The position numbers and the translations under genes are program-made. Under the pieces are notes generated by a model. That model was not told the origin of the DNA, did not search any database, and was given only the letters and a program-made list of their open reading frames with translations. From the IMG/VR virus record IMGVR_UViG_3300036766_000644, positions 48,685 to 112,684 of that record: 64,000 nucleotides of DNA. One strand, written 5' to 3'. The stretch is from a virus. This document shows positions 18,842 through 27,420 of this stretch, piece by piece (position 1 is the first letter of the stretch; the number at the start of each line of letters is the position of its first letter).

Positions 18842-19183
18842 GTGGCCATCAAGATGAGCATGACGTGTACCCGCTGTCACCGTGAAGACATCCACGAGAT
18901 CGAGAACCTCGCTACCGCGACGGCTTTCGAGGAACTGCAGAAGCGGAAGGCTGCAACGCTGGCCAAGCTCCAGGCCTTCATCGCCAGCCTCCCCGCCGAC
19001 GAGCTCCCGGACTTCTTCGCAGTGCTCGGCGACAAGAGCCTGGTGCACAGCTACCTGTGCGACCCGGTTGACGCGAAGCGGTCCTGCGCCAAGCGAGTGG
19101 GCGACCTGCTCGAAGGTGTGACGGAGCTCGGGCCTCGCAAGCCGAAGACGAAGAAAGAGAAGGTCGAGAAGACCGCGGAGTAA
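18842..19183 (+). CDS. hypothetical protein (113 aa)
   Basis: GTG start with AAGGAG 6 nt upstream. N-terminal CTRCH. Confidence 0.5.
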   Translation: MAIKMSMTCTRCHREDIHEIENLATATAFEELQKRKAATLAKLQAFIASLPADELPDFFAVLGDKSLVHSYLCDPVDAKRSCAKRVGDLLEGVTELGPRKPKTKKEKVEKTAE

Positions 19184-19201
19184 TCGCTCGAGGGACCCCC
19201 G

Positions 19202-19390
19202 GTGACCAACATGGAAAAATACGGCGTTGAGGAAGTACCTGAAGACGTAAAGACTGCGGCAGCGGGGGAGAAAAAGTGTCCCGTCTGTAGCGCACCTCTA
19301 CGTCCCGTCGCGGTCACCGGGGTTCTCTTGTGCCCCAAGTGTGGATCAAAACCATTCGAGGCGTCGGATGCCGACACGAAGCCCCGTTAG
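19202..19390 (+). CDS. hypothetical zinc-ribbon protein (62 aa; CPVC…CPKC)
   Basis: Small ORF. The start could be GTG 19202 or ATG 19211. Confidence 0.45.
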   Translation: MTNMEKYGVEEVPEDVKTAAAGEKKCPVCSAPLRPVAVTGVLLCPKCGSKPFEASDADTKPR

Positions 19391-19625
19391 TAAAGACACA
19401 GCGCGCGCTCAACGAAATTTAGCGGCGCAGCAGCACCTCATCTACAAGCTCAAAGCGATCCGTGCGCTCTGGATAACCGCGCACAACACCCCGCAGGCTA
19501 TTGAGAAGATGGAACGAGAGTTTCTCTTCCTGGTGGGGGAGATCGTTGAAGGCACCCCGGTAGAAAAGTTGACGATGAGCAACATCAACCGCGACGCGTT
19601 CATCCGTGAGTTCAACGACGGGTAG
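19368..19625 (+). CDS. hypothetical protein (~85 aa; start uncertain)
   Basis: ORF overlapping the previous gene. The track begins it at GTG 19341. Confidence 0.35.
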   Translation: MPTRSPVSKDTARAQRNLAAQQHLIYKLKAIRALWITAHNTPQAIEKMEREFLFLVGEIVEGTPVEKLTMSNINRDAFIREFNDG

Positions 19626-19668
19626 CGCGCTGTACGCAGTAAACCAAACCCTCACCTGGAGGAGCCCT

Positions 19669-20646
19669 ATGGCTACCGCCGAAGCACCCGTGTCACCTGA
19701 AGCCGCTCCCGCTGCACCCGTCATCCCCGACGCACCCGTGAAGTCTTCCAAGCGGACGCCGGGGCGCTACATCGAGCTCTCCATCAAGGACATCGTCACC
19801 AAGGCTGGGGACAACGTTCGCACCGGAGAACTGCCGGACATCGAGAAGCTCGCAGCGAGCATCGCCGCTGAAGGAGTCATCGAACCGATCATCGTCACGG
19901 AGTCCACTGAAACCCCGGGCAAGTACACCGTCGTCGCAGGGCACCGGCGGCTCACGGCTGTTCGCAGCCTGGAGGACATGCTCACCATCCCCGCGCTCAT
20001 CATCGACGCCGACGCAGATCGTCGTCTCAAGCTGGCGCTCATGGAGAACATCCACAGGGAAGACATGTCCCCGTTGGACAAGGCCAAGGCGCTGTCGAAG
20101 CTCATGAAGAACACCAAGCTCGAGCAGCAAGAGGTAGCGCAGGCTATCGGCGTTGCTCCGGGCTACGTGTCGCAGTACCTCGCACTGCTGGAGCTCCCGG
20201 AGTCAGCGCTCAACGCACTGCGTGATGGGGAAATCTCGTTCACGCACGCACGCACGCTCTGCCGCCTGGGGACGAACGTCAAGGCAATCGATGACCTGAT
20301 GTTCGAGATCTCGGATCTCACCGTCGCAGCGCTCGACGCCAAGGTCTCGCACATCCTGTCGCAGACGCGAAAGGCTGCTGCGGAGGCGGAGGACGCCGCT
20401 GAACCGGAAGCCGACGCCGACGGAACGAAGCCGAAGAAGGCAAAGAAGGCGAAGGCGCCCCCATCCGAGAAGGAGATCGTCTACTATTCGGAGGCGGAAT
20501 TCCGTCCGATGAAGAAGGAGGACATGCGCGACCTGATGGTGACGTGGAAGCGCAAGGAGGTCAACGCCGACACGGAGGCGAAGCAGCTGGAGTACAAGAA
20601 CATTCTCAAGGGCATCACGCTCGCGGCGAACCTCCGCTTCAAGTGA
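19669..20646 (+). CDS. ParB/Spo0J-like protein with ParB N-terminal nuclease-like domain and HTH (325 aa)
   Basis: EPIIVT…YTVVAGHRRLTA is the ParB GxRR box. LEQQEVAQAIGVAPGYVSQYLALL looks like an HTH. GGAGG lies 6 nt before ATG 19669. Confidence 0.75.
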   Translation: MATAEAPVSPEAAPAAPVIPDAPVKSSKRTPGRYIELSIKDIVTKAGDNVRTGELPDIEKLAASIAAEGVIEPIIVTESTETPGKYTVVAGHRRLTAVRSLEDMLTIPALIIDADADRRLKLALMENIHREDMSPLDKAKALSKLMKNTKLEQQEVAQAIGVAPGYVSQYLALLELPESALNALRDGEISFTHARTLCRLGTNVKAIDDLMFEISDLTVAALDAKVSHILSQTRKAAAEAEDAAEPEADADGTKPKKAKKAKAPPSEKEIVYYSEAEFRPMKKEDMRDLMVTWKRKEVNADTEAKQLEYKNILKGITLAANLRFK

Positions 20647-20786
20647 ACCCTCTCGTACTCAAAGTCATCGGCGTCCTGGCGGCGTACCGAAAGTGGTATG
20701 CCGCCGGGATGACGGATAAAGAGATCTCCCAGAAGATCCGCGAGACGTACCCGGCACAAGCTCGGCCGTTCCGCCCTACTCGGTAA
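20643..20786 (+). CDS. hypothetical small protein (47 aa)
   Basis: GTGA overlap with the parB-like stop. Low confidence. Confidence 0.3.
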   Translation: MNPLVLKVIGVLAAYRKWYAAGMTDKEISQKIRETYPAQARPFRPTR

Positions 20787-21609
20787 AGACGTCGCGAGCG
20801 CCACCAACCTGGTTCGCAACCAAGTAGACTCGTAGCTGGGCCATCGTATCTTTTTTGATCTGGCGTACTCTCTCGGAGGACAAGTCAACTCGCTTTGAGA
20901 TTTGTCGGAGGTTCTTCGGTTCCTCCCGGGCTCCGAAGTACGCCAGGACGATGTACTTGTCTCGCTCTCGTAACGCCAAGCCGTCTAGCGCGGAACGGAG
21001 CATGTTGAACCCATAGGAATTTACGAGGTCGCGTTCGAGGGTGTTGTCGCCGTGCCCTGCGTCGTCGATGGCATCAACGACGTCAAGCGTAACGTGGGCG
21101 GCTTCCACCTCAGTACCCCCGCCATGCTTTCGTAGCGCTCGTAGGGCCTTCTGTTTATGCGCGGGGACACGAATGATGCCCTGGCTGTCGAGCTCTTCAA
21201 GAATCTTTTCACGGACCCACCAGGCGGCGTACGTCAAGAACTTGGTGTTTCTCGTCGTATCGAACCGGTCCGCGGCTACCAACAGACCGATGTTCCCCGC
21301 GGAAATGAGCGTCGTCAAGACGTCGCTCTCGAAGTTAACGCCTCGAGTACGGTACGCATATTCCTTGGCCACCTTCACCACGAAACGAAGCGCGCCGGAG
21401 ATGAGCCGGTCGCGTGCTTTGAAGTTTCGAGGAGCACTGCACTTGGCGCAGCGAACCAAAGAAGACCCTAAGGGGTAGGTGTTTCGACAGGACGAACAGG
21501 TTCGGTACGCCGCGACAAGAGCGGCCTCTTCGCTCTGTGAAACAAAGGAGTTACCTCGCATGTCCGCAAAATACGCCTCAATGACTCGGTCACCGTCGTC
21601 GTTGCTCAT
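20776..21609 (-). CDS. sigma-70 family sigma factor with N-terminal Cys4 zinc ribbon (277 aa)
   Basis: Region 2: LISGALRFVVKVAKEY…NIGLLVAADRFDTTRNTKFLTYAAWWVREKI (cf. LIEANLRLVVSIAKKY…[31 protein letters not shown]). Region 4 HTH: LRERDKYIVLAYFG…LRQISKRVDLSSERVRQI. N-terminal CSSC…CAKC. Confidence 0.85.
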   Translation of the reverse strand: MSNDDGDRVIEAYFADMRGNSFVSQSEEAALVAAYRTCSSCRNTYPLGSSLVRCAKCSAPRNFKARDRLISGALRFVVKVAKEYAYRTRGVNFESDVLTTLISAGNIGLLVAADRFDTTRNTKFLTYAAWWVREKILEELDSQGIIRVPAHKQKALRALRKHGGGTEVEAAHVTLDVVDAIDDAGHGDNTLERDLVNSYGFNMLRSALDGLALRERDKYIVLAYFGAREEPKNLRQISKRVDLSSERVRQIKKDTMAQLRVYLVANQVGGARDVFTE

Positions 21610-21710
21610 TCCCTAATGATCCTCGCTTTTGAGCTTGTACCGGGCCCTCTCGTGGTGTAGGGTCCGGCCCGCAAAAACCAACTACCACGCAAAACAACGG
21701 AGTGTCACCC

Positions 21711-22784
21711 ATGGCTAAGAAGCCTGATGTAGCCCCTGCTGAAACCACCGCTGCAACGCCACCCGCCGTAGAGTCGCCTGCTGCGCCTGTTGAGGCAGCT
21801 CCCGCCGCTCCGTCTGCCATCGTCCCCGCTACGGACAGTGTCTCGCCGGAGTTCGCCGCACGCAAGGCCCTCGCTCTGCGTCTCCCCGAGGGGGCAAGCA
21901 GCCGGGCCCTGATGCTCAAGCGCCCCACCCCGAAGGAGCTCCTGGACCTCGTCCTGGCGCTACCTGAGGCAAGTCAAGAAGCAATGATGATGCTGGTTTC
22001 GAAGACCAACCCGGAGAAGCAGGGGTTGCACGCAGCATCCAGCGGCTTCGAACCCACTGAGCTGAAGGTGTTCCACGGCGTGGGCAACGACCCCACGCGT
22101 CCGCGGCAGACGTTGCCTGGGCAGTTCTACTCCAAGGACTCCCGCGTCCTCGGGGAGAAGTTCAACGCGGTTCCCCTGGCCATCTACGAGGGCCAGATCC
22201 TGTGGCCCCCGAAGGTCCCTGGAGCCGCCGCCGAAAGCACCGCGCCCATCTGCGTGTCGCTGGACCGCAAGATGGGGAGCAAGTACGGCTCCTGCGCGAC
22301 CTGCCCGCTGTCCCCGGAGAACCGCTCCTACAACCAGGGCGGCTGCATGCGGGAAGTGACGGCGTACCTGCTCGATGAGCCGATGACGTCGGTCTTCGAG
22401 CTGAAGTTCAGCAAGACCAGCGAGGGCGCTGGCCGGGCGCTGATGAACATCCTGAAGAAGTCGAACACTCTCTGGGATCGCTGGTTCACCTTCGAGGCCA
22501 AGGAGCGGGTCGAGAAGGGCAACAAGTGGTACGTGATCCAGGCGGGGACCGTGGCCGACGCAGCGAAGGTCAACACCAACCTGGCCTTCCACGCACTGTT
22601 CACCGGGCTGTCCAAGGTCATCGACGCGGACATCTACTACCCGGCGCTGGCCAACACGTACGACCGCGCGAAGAACAGCACGGAGACGGCGGCCCCGGTA
22701 GGTGGAGCAGCGGCACCGTTCGATGAGAAGGCGTTCCTCAAGGGTGACACTGAGGCAGCGCCGGACTACTCGAAGGACGTCTAA
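21711..22784 (+). CDS. hypothetical protein with Ala/Pro-rich N-terminus (357 aa). A recombination or ssDNA-binding partner of the downstream nuclease is speculative.
   Basis: ORF divergent from the sigma gene. GGAG lies 8 nt before ATG 21711. The track uses GTG 21702. Confidence 0.7.
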   Translation: MAKKPDVAPAETTAATPPAVESPAAPVEAAPAAPSAIVPATDSVSPEFAARKALALRLPEGASSRALMLKRPTPKELLDLVLALPEASQEAMMMLVSKTNPEKQGLHAASSGFEPTELKVFHGVGNDPTRPRQTLPGQFYSKDSRVLGEKFNAVPLAIYEGQILWPPKVPGAAAESTAPICVSLDRKMGSKYGSCATCPLSPENRSYNQGGCMREVTAYLLDEPMTSVFELKFSKTSEGAGRALMNILKKSNTLWDRWFTFEAKERVEKGNKWYVIQAGTVADAAKVNTNLAFHALFTGLSKVIDADIYYPALANTYDRAKNSTETAAPVGGAAAPFDEKAFLKGDTEAAPDYSKDV

Positions 22785-22942
22785 GCAAGGGCGTAGGCTC
22801 GCGCCCTCTCCCGTGCCACGGGACTTCACCGGGACGCCGACTTGTCCTCGGCTACGACCGGTAGGAGAGGGACTGTAGTGCTGGCGGAGGCTCCTGCAAT
22901 GTCGGGGAGTCTCCGCTGGTTTACCCTTGCTCTTGGTGCCTT

Positions 22943-23731
22943 GTGGAACTTGTCATCCCTGAACACGTGAAACTAGGTGCGCCGTGGTCCTTCTCCAAGG
23001 CGGGGGTGATCGCAAAATGCTCGCTCCAGTACGACTACAAGTACGGAGCCCAGAAGCAACCGGAGGAGCCGCAAGCGTCATCCGCGGATAGCCGAATCGG
23101 CGTGGTGGTGCACAAGGCCCTCGAGTTCGCCTTGAGTGGGGTCAAAGTGAAAGACTCCTTCATGTTCGCGATCGACCAGGGTGAGCTCACCACGGACGAG
23201 GCGGAGAAGGTGATGAGCTTCTACGAGCAGGTACGCCGGTTCGTGGAGTACATCAACAAGTTCAAGGCGAAGCACGGTGTGCGCCCCCAGAACGTGCTCA
23301 TCGAGCATCGGATCGGGATGTCGCCGGAGTTCAAGAACGTCCACTTCTTCGAGAAGACGGGCCTGTTCCGCGGCGTGCTCGACTTCATGATGTTGACTGG
23401 GCACGGTGACGCCGTCGTCATCGACCACAAGTCGGGGAAACAGAAAGAGATGAAGCACTACGAGGACCAGTGCAAGGCGTACTGCGTTCTCGCGCTGGCT
23501 TGGCGCCCAGAGCTCAAGGGCGTGCAGACCGCCATCAACTTCGTACAGACGGACAAGCTGGAGTGGAACCCCAGAGTCACCGCGGAGACGATCCGCAACG
23601 AGTACTACCCGTGGTTGGTCAAGTTCCTGGCAGATTCGTGCACGGGGCTACTAGCGGATCCGGTACCACAAGAGGGTTGGTGGTGTGACTGGTGCGGGTA
23701 CAAGGGCCAGTGCCCTGCGAAGAAGAAGTAA
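22943..23731 (+). CDS. second Cas4-like PD-(D/E)XK nuclease with C-terminal Cys cluster (262 aa)
   Basis: GVLDFMML…VVIDHKSGK forms the nuclease core. C-terminal WWCDWCGYKGQC resembles Cas4/DUF2800. GTG start. Immediately precedes polA. Confidence 0.7.
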   Translation: MELVIPEHVKLGAPWSFSKAGVIAKCSLQYDYKYGAQKQPEEPQASSADSRIGVVVHKALEFALSGVKVKDSFMFAIDQGELTTDEAEKVMSFYEQVRRFVEYINKFKAKHGVRPQNVLIEHRIGMSPEFKNVHFFEKTGLFRGVLDFMMLTGHGDAVVIDHKSGKQKEMKHYEDQCKAYCVLALAWRPELKGVQTAINFVQTDKLEWNPRVTAETIRNEYYPWLVKFLADSCTGLLADPVPQEGWWCDWCGYKGQCPAKKK

Positions 23732-23749
23732 CCCCTCAAAGGAGTACGG

Positions 23750-26662
23750 ATGCCTAAGCCACACCCTATTTGCGTTGGGTGTCCTCGAGAGGCATGCTCC
23801 GAGACACACCAAAATAGCTACGTCGACGCACCGATAACGTCAGACGCAGATCTCATCGTCCTGGTAGAAGCGCCAGTCTGCGACAGGTACGGTAACGTCA
23901 AGCAAGCCTTCAAGGATGACAGCGGCACGATCATCAAGACGGCTGTCGGAAACCTGAAGCTACAGGAGAAGTACCGCGGACTGAACGTCGCATACGCTTA
24001 CGCCGTGCGGTGCACCAGCAATCAAGGTGACCCCGAGCCGGGCAAAGCGATCCTGATGAAGTGCAAGACGCTCCTGCAGGAGGAGCTCGGTGCTACGAAG
24101 AAAAACCCTGTCATCCTCGCCATGGGGATGACCGCCGTACGCGCTCTGGACATCAAGGGTACGAAGCTCAAGGACATGCAGGGGCGGCTCCTGCCGCAGC
24201 AGCTGGTAGAGACCCCAACGGGGCCCCGGAAGTTCGACACGGTCATCACGATCTCTACGAAGCAGCTTGTCGCTGTTCCTGGGCTCTACACGACGTTCCT
24301 CGCAGACCTGGAGCGTGCGGCCGCAGCAGCGACGACTGGCGGGTTCAACGCTGTTCCCGCTATCGAGACGCTGACCAAAGACTACGTCATCCCGAAGACG
24401 GTCGAAGAAGTCAAAGCCGTCTGTAAGATGATCATGGAGTACACGGAGGGCAACATCCTCCCGGAGAACTGGCCAATCTCGATTGACACCGAGACGAACA
24501 CCAAGTTCCCTCACCGGAGCCACCTCTGGATCCTGGCGGTGTCCATCGCGTGGGCTCCGGGGAAAGCTACAGCGATCCCTCTGTGGCACCCCGGCGTGGG
24601 CGGATACGACCCGCTGGACGTACTCCCGTACCTGTTGCCGCTGCTCGCGTCGAAGAAGCCAAAGTTCTTCCACAACGCGAAGTTCGACCTCAAGGTGTTC
24701 ATGAAGGTCGCGTGGGAGATCGGTAACTTCACCTGGGACAGCATGACAGGCGAGCACGTGCTCGAGGAGGACAAGAAGGGGCAGCACGGCCTGAAGCCGC
24801 TGACGCGGACGTACTTCCCAGACTTTGCGTCGTACGCAGACGCCCTGCACGAGATCCTCACGAAGGAAGAGGGGGACTCACAGCTCCACAACCTTCGAAA
24901 GGTGCTGAAGGCGAAGGTCGCTGGCAGCCGGAAGAAAAAGGGTGGCGCCGAGAAGGACGGGGGATTCGAGAAGATCCCGCTCCACACCCTGCTCCTCTAC
25001 GCCGCGGTAGACGCCGACATGACACGGCGGCTGGGGCTGGGGCAGGATAAAAGAATCCTCATCGAGCAGAACGCCGTCATCAAGCGGAAGTTCGAAGTCG
25101 GGCAGAAGCAGGCGGTACTCAAAGCGCGAGGGATGGAGGCATTCGAAGTCCCCACGCTGTGTGACTCCGAGCGGCCCATCAAGAGGCTGGCTCTCAGGAA
25201 CGTGTTCCCGGTAACCCCGGCACTAGCACGCATGGAGTTCCAGGGGATCAAGATTGACCGGCCGTACTTGGTGACCCTGCAAGGGGATCTGGAGAAGGTC
25301 GTCACGCAGACAACCAAAGAGCTCTACGACATGGCGGGGGACTTGAAGCTGAACAGTCCCGCTGAGATCGCTCGCATCCTGTTCGTAGACGGGTACACGC
25401 ATCCGGTCACCGGAGCTAAAACGGTGTGGCCGCTGACGGGGATCACGAAAACAAAGAAGGGGCAAACCCAGACGACCGAGAAGGTGATGAAGTACTTGGT
25501 CGCTGCGTACCAGTGCCCTTTCGCGTCCAAGAAACTGATCTACTCGAAAGCGTTCAAGGCTAAAAATACCTTTTGCCAGAACGTGTGGGACTTGTCCGAG
25601 CTGGATGGGTACCTGCACACGAACTACAACCAGCATGGGACAAACTCAGGGCGGCTCTCATCCAACGATGAGAACATGCAGAACATCCCGAAGAAGCTGG
25701 CGGGCGTAAACATCAAGAAGGTGTTCGTCACCGACGACGAGTACGAGTACCTCTTCGTCAACGCCGACGCAAAGGGGGCCGAGGTCCGCATCCTCACGGC
25801 CTACTGCCACGACGCAGCGCTCATCGCATCGTTGAACGCCGGGCAGGACACGCACTGCTACATCGCGTCTAAGATCGTGGAGATCGTTCGCCAGTCACCT
25901 GGGGCCAAAGAAGTGCTGGCCTCCATGAACCTCTCGGACGAGTACCCGCTGGTGTACGACGACTTCGCGGCGAGAGAAGTACTGAAGGAGACACACAAGG
26001 CCTACGGCGAGATGCTGGACAAGTTCCGTACGGCGGTGAAGCGGGTCGTGTTCGGTATTCTGTATGGCGCCGGGCCTCAGAAAATTGCCGAGACTATTGG
26101 TATTAGCTTACAGCAAGCACAACAGCTCATTGACATGTTGTTCACGCTGTTCCCGTCGATCAAGGGCTACATGGCCCAGACTCGTTGGGAGCTGCAGCAG
26201 TTCGGATTCGTCGAAACGTTCTTCGGGAGGCGCCGTCGTTTTAGCGTCGTCAATGCCCCGAAGTACTTGCTGGGCCGAGCTGAGCGGCAAACGGTTAACT
26301 TCAAGATCCAGAGCACGAGCTCAGACATCGTCATGGGGCGCCTCGTGGCGCTCGAGGCTCCCCTTCGGGAGCTTGGCGGTAGGATCCTGTTGACCGTGCA
26401 TGACAGCATTGGTTTTCAGATCAGGAAGAAGTACGCCTCACAGTTGCCGGACTTCATCTACCAGTACCTCGAGAAGGGGGCCGCGGAAGCTCACCCGTGG
26501 CTGCCCGTTGCATTCAAGTGGGACTACGAAGTTGGGCCCTCGTACGGAGAGCTCAAGGGACTGGACGCGTACCTGAAGAACACCCAAACCAAGGAGTACA
26601 GTAACGATGCCGCCGAAGCCTATACCGAAGAGGAGGTCCGAACCGCGCTTGCCGAAGTTTAA
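23750..26662 (+). CDS. polA: family A DNA polymerase with 3'-5' exonuclease domain and N-terminal UDG-family-4-like domain (970 aa)
   Basis: ISIDTETN (Exo I) and HNAKFDLKVF (Exo II). Pol motif A region: YLHTNYNQHGTNSGRLSS. O-helix: RRRFSVVNAPKYLLGRAERQTVNFKIQSTSSD. Motif C: LTVHDS. N-terminal ~190 aa carry CVGCP…LVEAPV…AVGNL…YAVRC…ILAMGMTAVRAL, which looks UDG family 4-like. Confidence 0.9.
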   Translation: MPKPHPICVGCPREACSETHQNSYVDAPITSDADLIVLVEAPVCDRYGNVKQAFKDDSGTIIKTAVGNLKLQEKYRGLNVAYAYAVRCTSNQGDPEPGKAILMKCKTLLQEELGATKKNPVILAMGMTAVRALDIKGTKLKDMQGRLLPQQLVETPTGPRKFDTVITISTKQLVAVPGLYTTFLADLERAAAAATTGGFNAVPAIETLTKDYVIPKTVEEVKAVCKMIMEYTEGNILPENWPISIDTETNTKFPHRSHLWILAVSIAWAPGKATAIPLWHPGVGGYDPLDVLPYLLPLLASKKPKFFHNAKFDLKVFMKVAWEIGNFTWDSMTGEHVLEEDKKGQHGLKPLTRTYFPDFASYADALHEILTKEEGDSQLHNLRKVLKAKVAGSRKKKGGAEKDGGFEKIPLHTLLLYAAVDADMTRRLGLGQDKRILIEQNAVIKRKFEVGQKQAVLKARGMEAFEVPTLCDSERPIKRLALRNVFPVTPALARMEFQGIKIDRPYLVTLQGDLEKVVTQTTKELYDMAGDLKLNSPAEIARILFVDGYTHPVTGAKTVWPLTGITKTKKGQTQTTEKVMKYLVAAYQCPFASKKLIYSKAFKAKNTFCQNVWDLSELDGYLHTNYNQHGTNSGRLSSNDENMQNIPKKLAGVNIKKVFVTDDEYEYLFVNADAKGAEVRILTAYCHDAALIASLNAGQDTHCYIASKIVEIVRQSPGAKEVLASMNLSDEYPLVYDDFAAREVLKETHKAYGEMLDKFRTAVKRVVFGILYGAGPQKIAETIGISLQQAQQLIDMLFTLFPSIKGYMAQTRWELQQFGFVETFFGRRRRFSVVNAPKYLLGRAERQTVNFKIQSTSSDIVMGRLVALEAPLRELGGRILLTVHDSIGFQIRKKYASQLPDFIYQYLEKGAAEAHPWLPVAFKWDYEVGPSYGELKGLDAYLKNTQTKEYSNDAAEAYTEEEVRTALAEV

Positions 26663-26948
26663 GCCGATTCAGGACGACGTCCTCGACGAGTGGCGCAACA
26701 CACTCGTGAAGGTCTTCACGGTGACCGGTGGTTGCTTGACGGGAGTCCTCATCAAGTATGACCACAAGTCACTGATCATCTCACCCAAAACCTGTGTGCA
26801 ACGAAAGCACATAGTCTCACTCTACCAGGATCGAAATGGCCCCAATCAAAAAGCTGCAGGACCTGCTGTTCGTGGACACGGAAACGACGGGGCTCGACTC
26901 GACGAAGCACGAGCTACTGGAAGTAGCAGCGATAAGAACAAGCCCTGA
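26607..26948 (+). CDS. Hfq/Sm-like protein candidate (113 aa) overlapping polA 3' end and dnaQ 5' end
   Basis: IQDDVLDEWRNTLVKVFTVTGGCLTGVLIKYDHKSLIISPK…RKHIVS aligns with Hfq Sm1 ([34 protein letters not shown]) and Sm2 (YKHAIS). AAGGAG lies 10 nt upstream of the ATG. Confidence 0.5.
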   Translation: MPPKPIPKRRSEPRLPKFKPIQDDVLDEWRNTLVKVFTVTGGCLTGVLIKYDHKSLIISPKTCVQRKHIVSLYQDRNGPNQKAAGPAVRGHGNDGARLDEARATGSSSDKNKP

Positions 26949-27420
26949 CGGGCGCACGGTCATTCAGACGTACGAGGCGAAACTGTTCCCGGAACACCTG
27001 GAAACGGCGGAGCCCAGGGCATTGGAGGTCAACAAGTACTCCGCTGCTGAATGGCCCCGCGACAAGTGCGCTCGACCCGAAGACGTAGTGGACGCCCTGC
27101 AGAAGATGTCAGGCAACACCGTGCTGGTGGGGCAGAACGTGTCGTTCGACGAGGGCTTTCTTTCGCCTCTGTTCACCCGCCTGGGGATGAAGCCACCCTG
27201 GGGCTACCACAAGATCGACACGGTCTCGCTGGCCTGGCCGCTGTACTTCAACAACGCCGAGCTCCCCGGGCTGAGCCTGGAGAAGCTGTGTAAGTTCCTC
27301 GGAGTAGAGTCGATGCCGACGCACCGGGCAGCCGCTGACGTTGAGGCGTGCCGTCAGGTGTACCTGAATCTGATGGAACGATGGGCGATCATTACCAACA
27401 ACCAGATCGCGCAGCCGTAA
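26836..27420 (+). CDS. DnaQ-like DEDDh 3'-5' exonuclease (194 aa)
   Basis: Exo I FVDTETTGLD. Exo II VGQNVSFDEGFL. Exo III HRAAADVEAC. Confidence 0.85.
   Translation: MAPIKKLQDLLFVDTETTGLDSTKHELLEVAAIRTSPDGRTVIQTYEAKLFPEHLETAEPRALEVNKYSAAEWPRDKCARPEDVVDALQKMSGNTVLVGQNVSFDEGFLSPLFTRLGMKPPWGYHKIDTVSLAWPLYFNNAELPGLSLEKLCKFLGVESMPTHRAAADVEACRQVYLNLMERWAIITNNQIAQP

Noticed and set aside
21960-24850. Minus-strand ORFs 21960..22829 (289 aa) and 23960..24850 (296 aa)
   Set aside because: Antisense to the 357-aa gene and to polA respectively. Arg/Leu-rich with no motifs.
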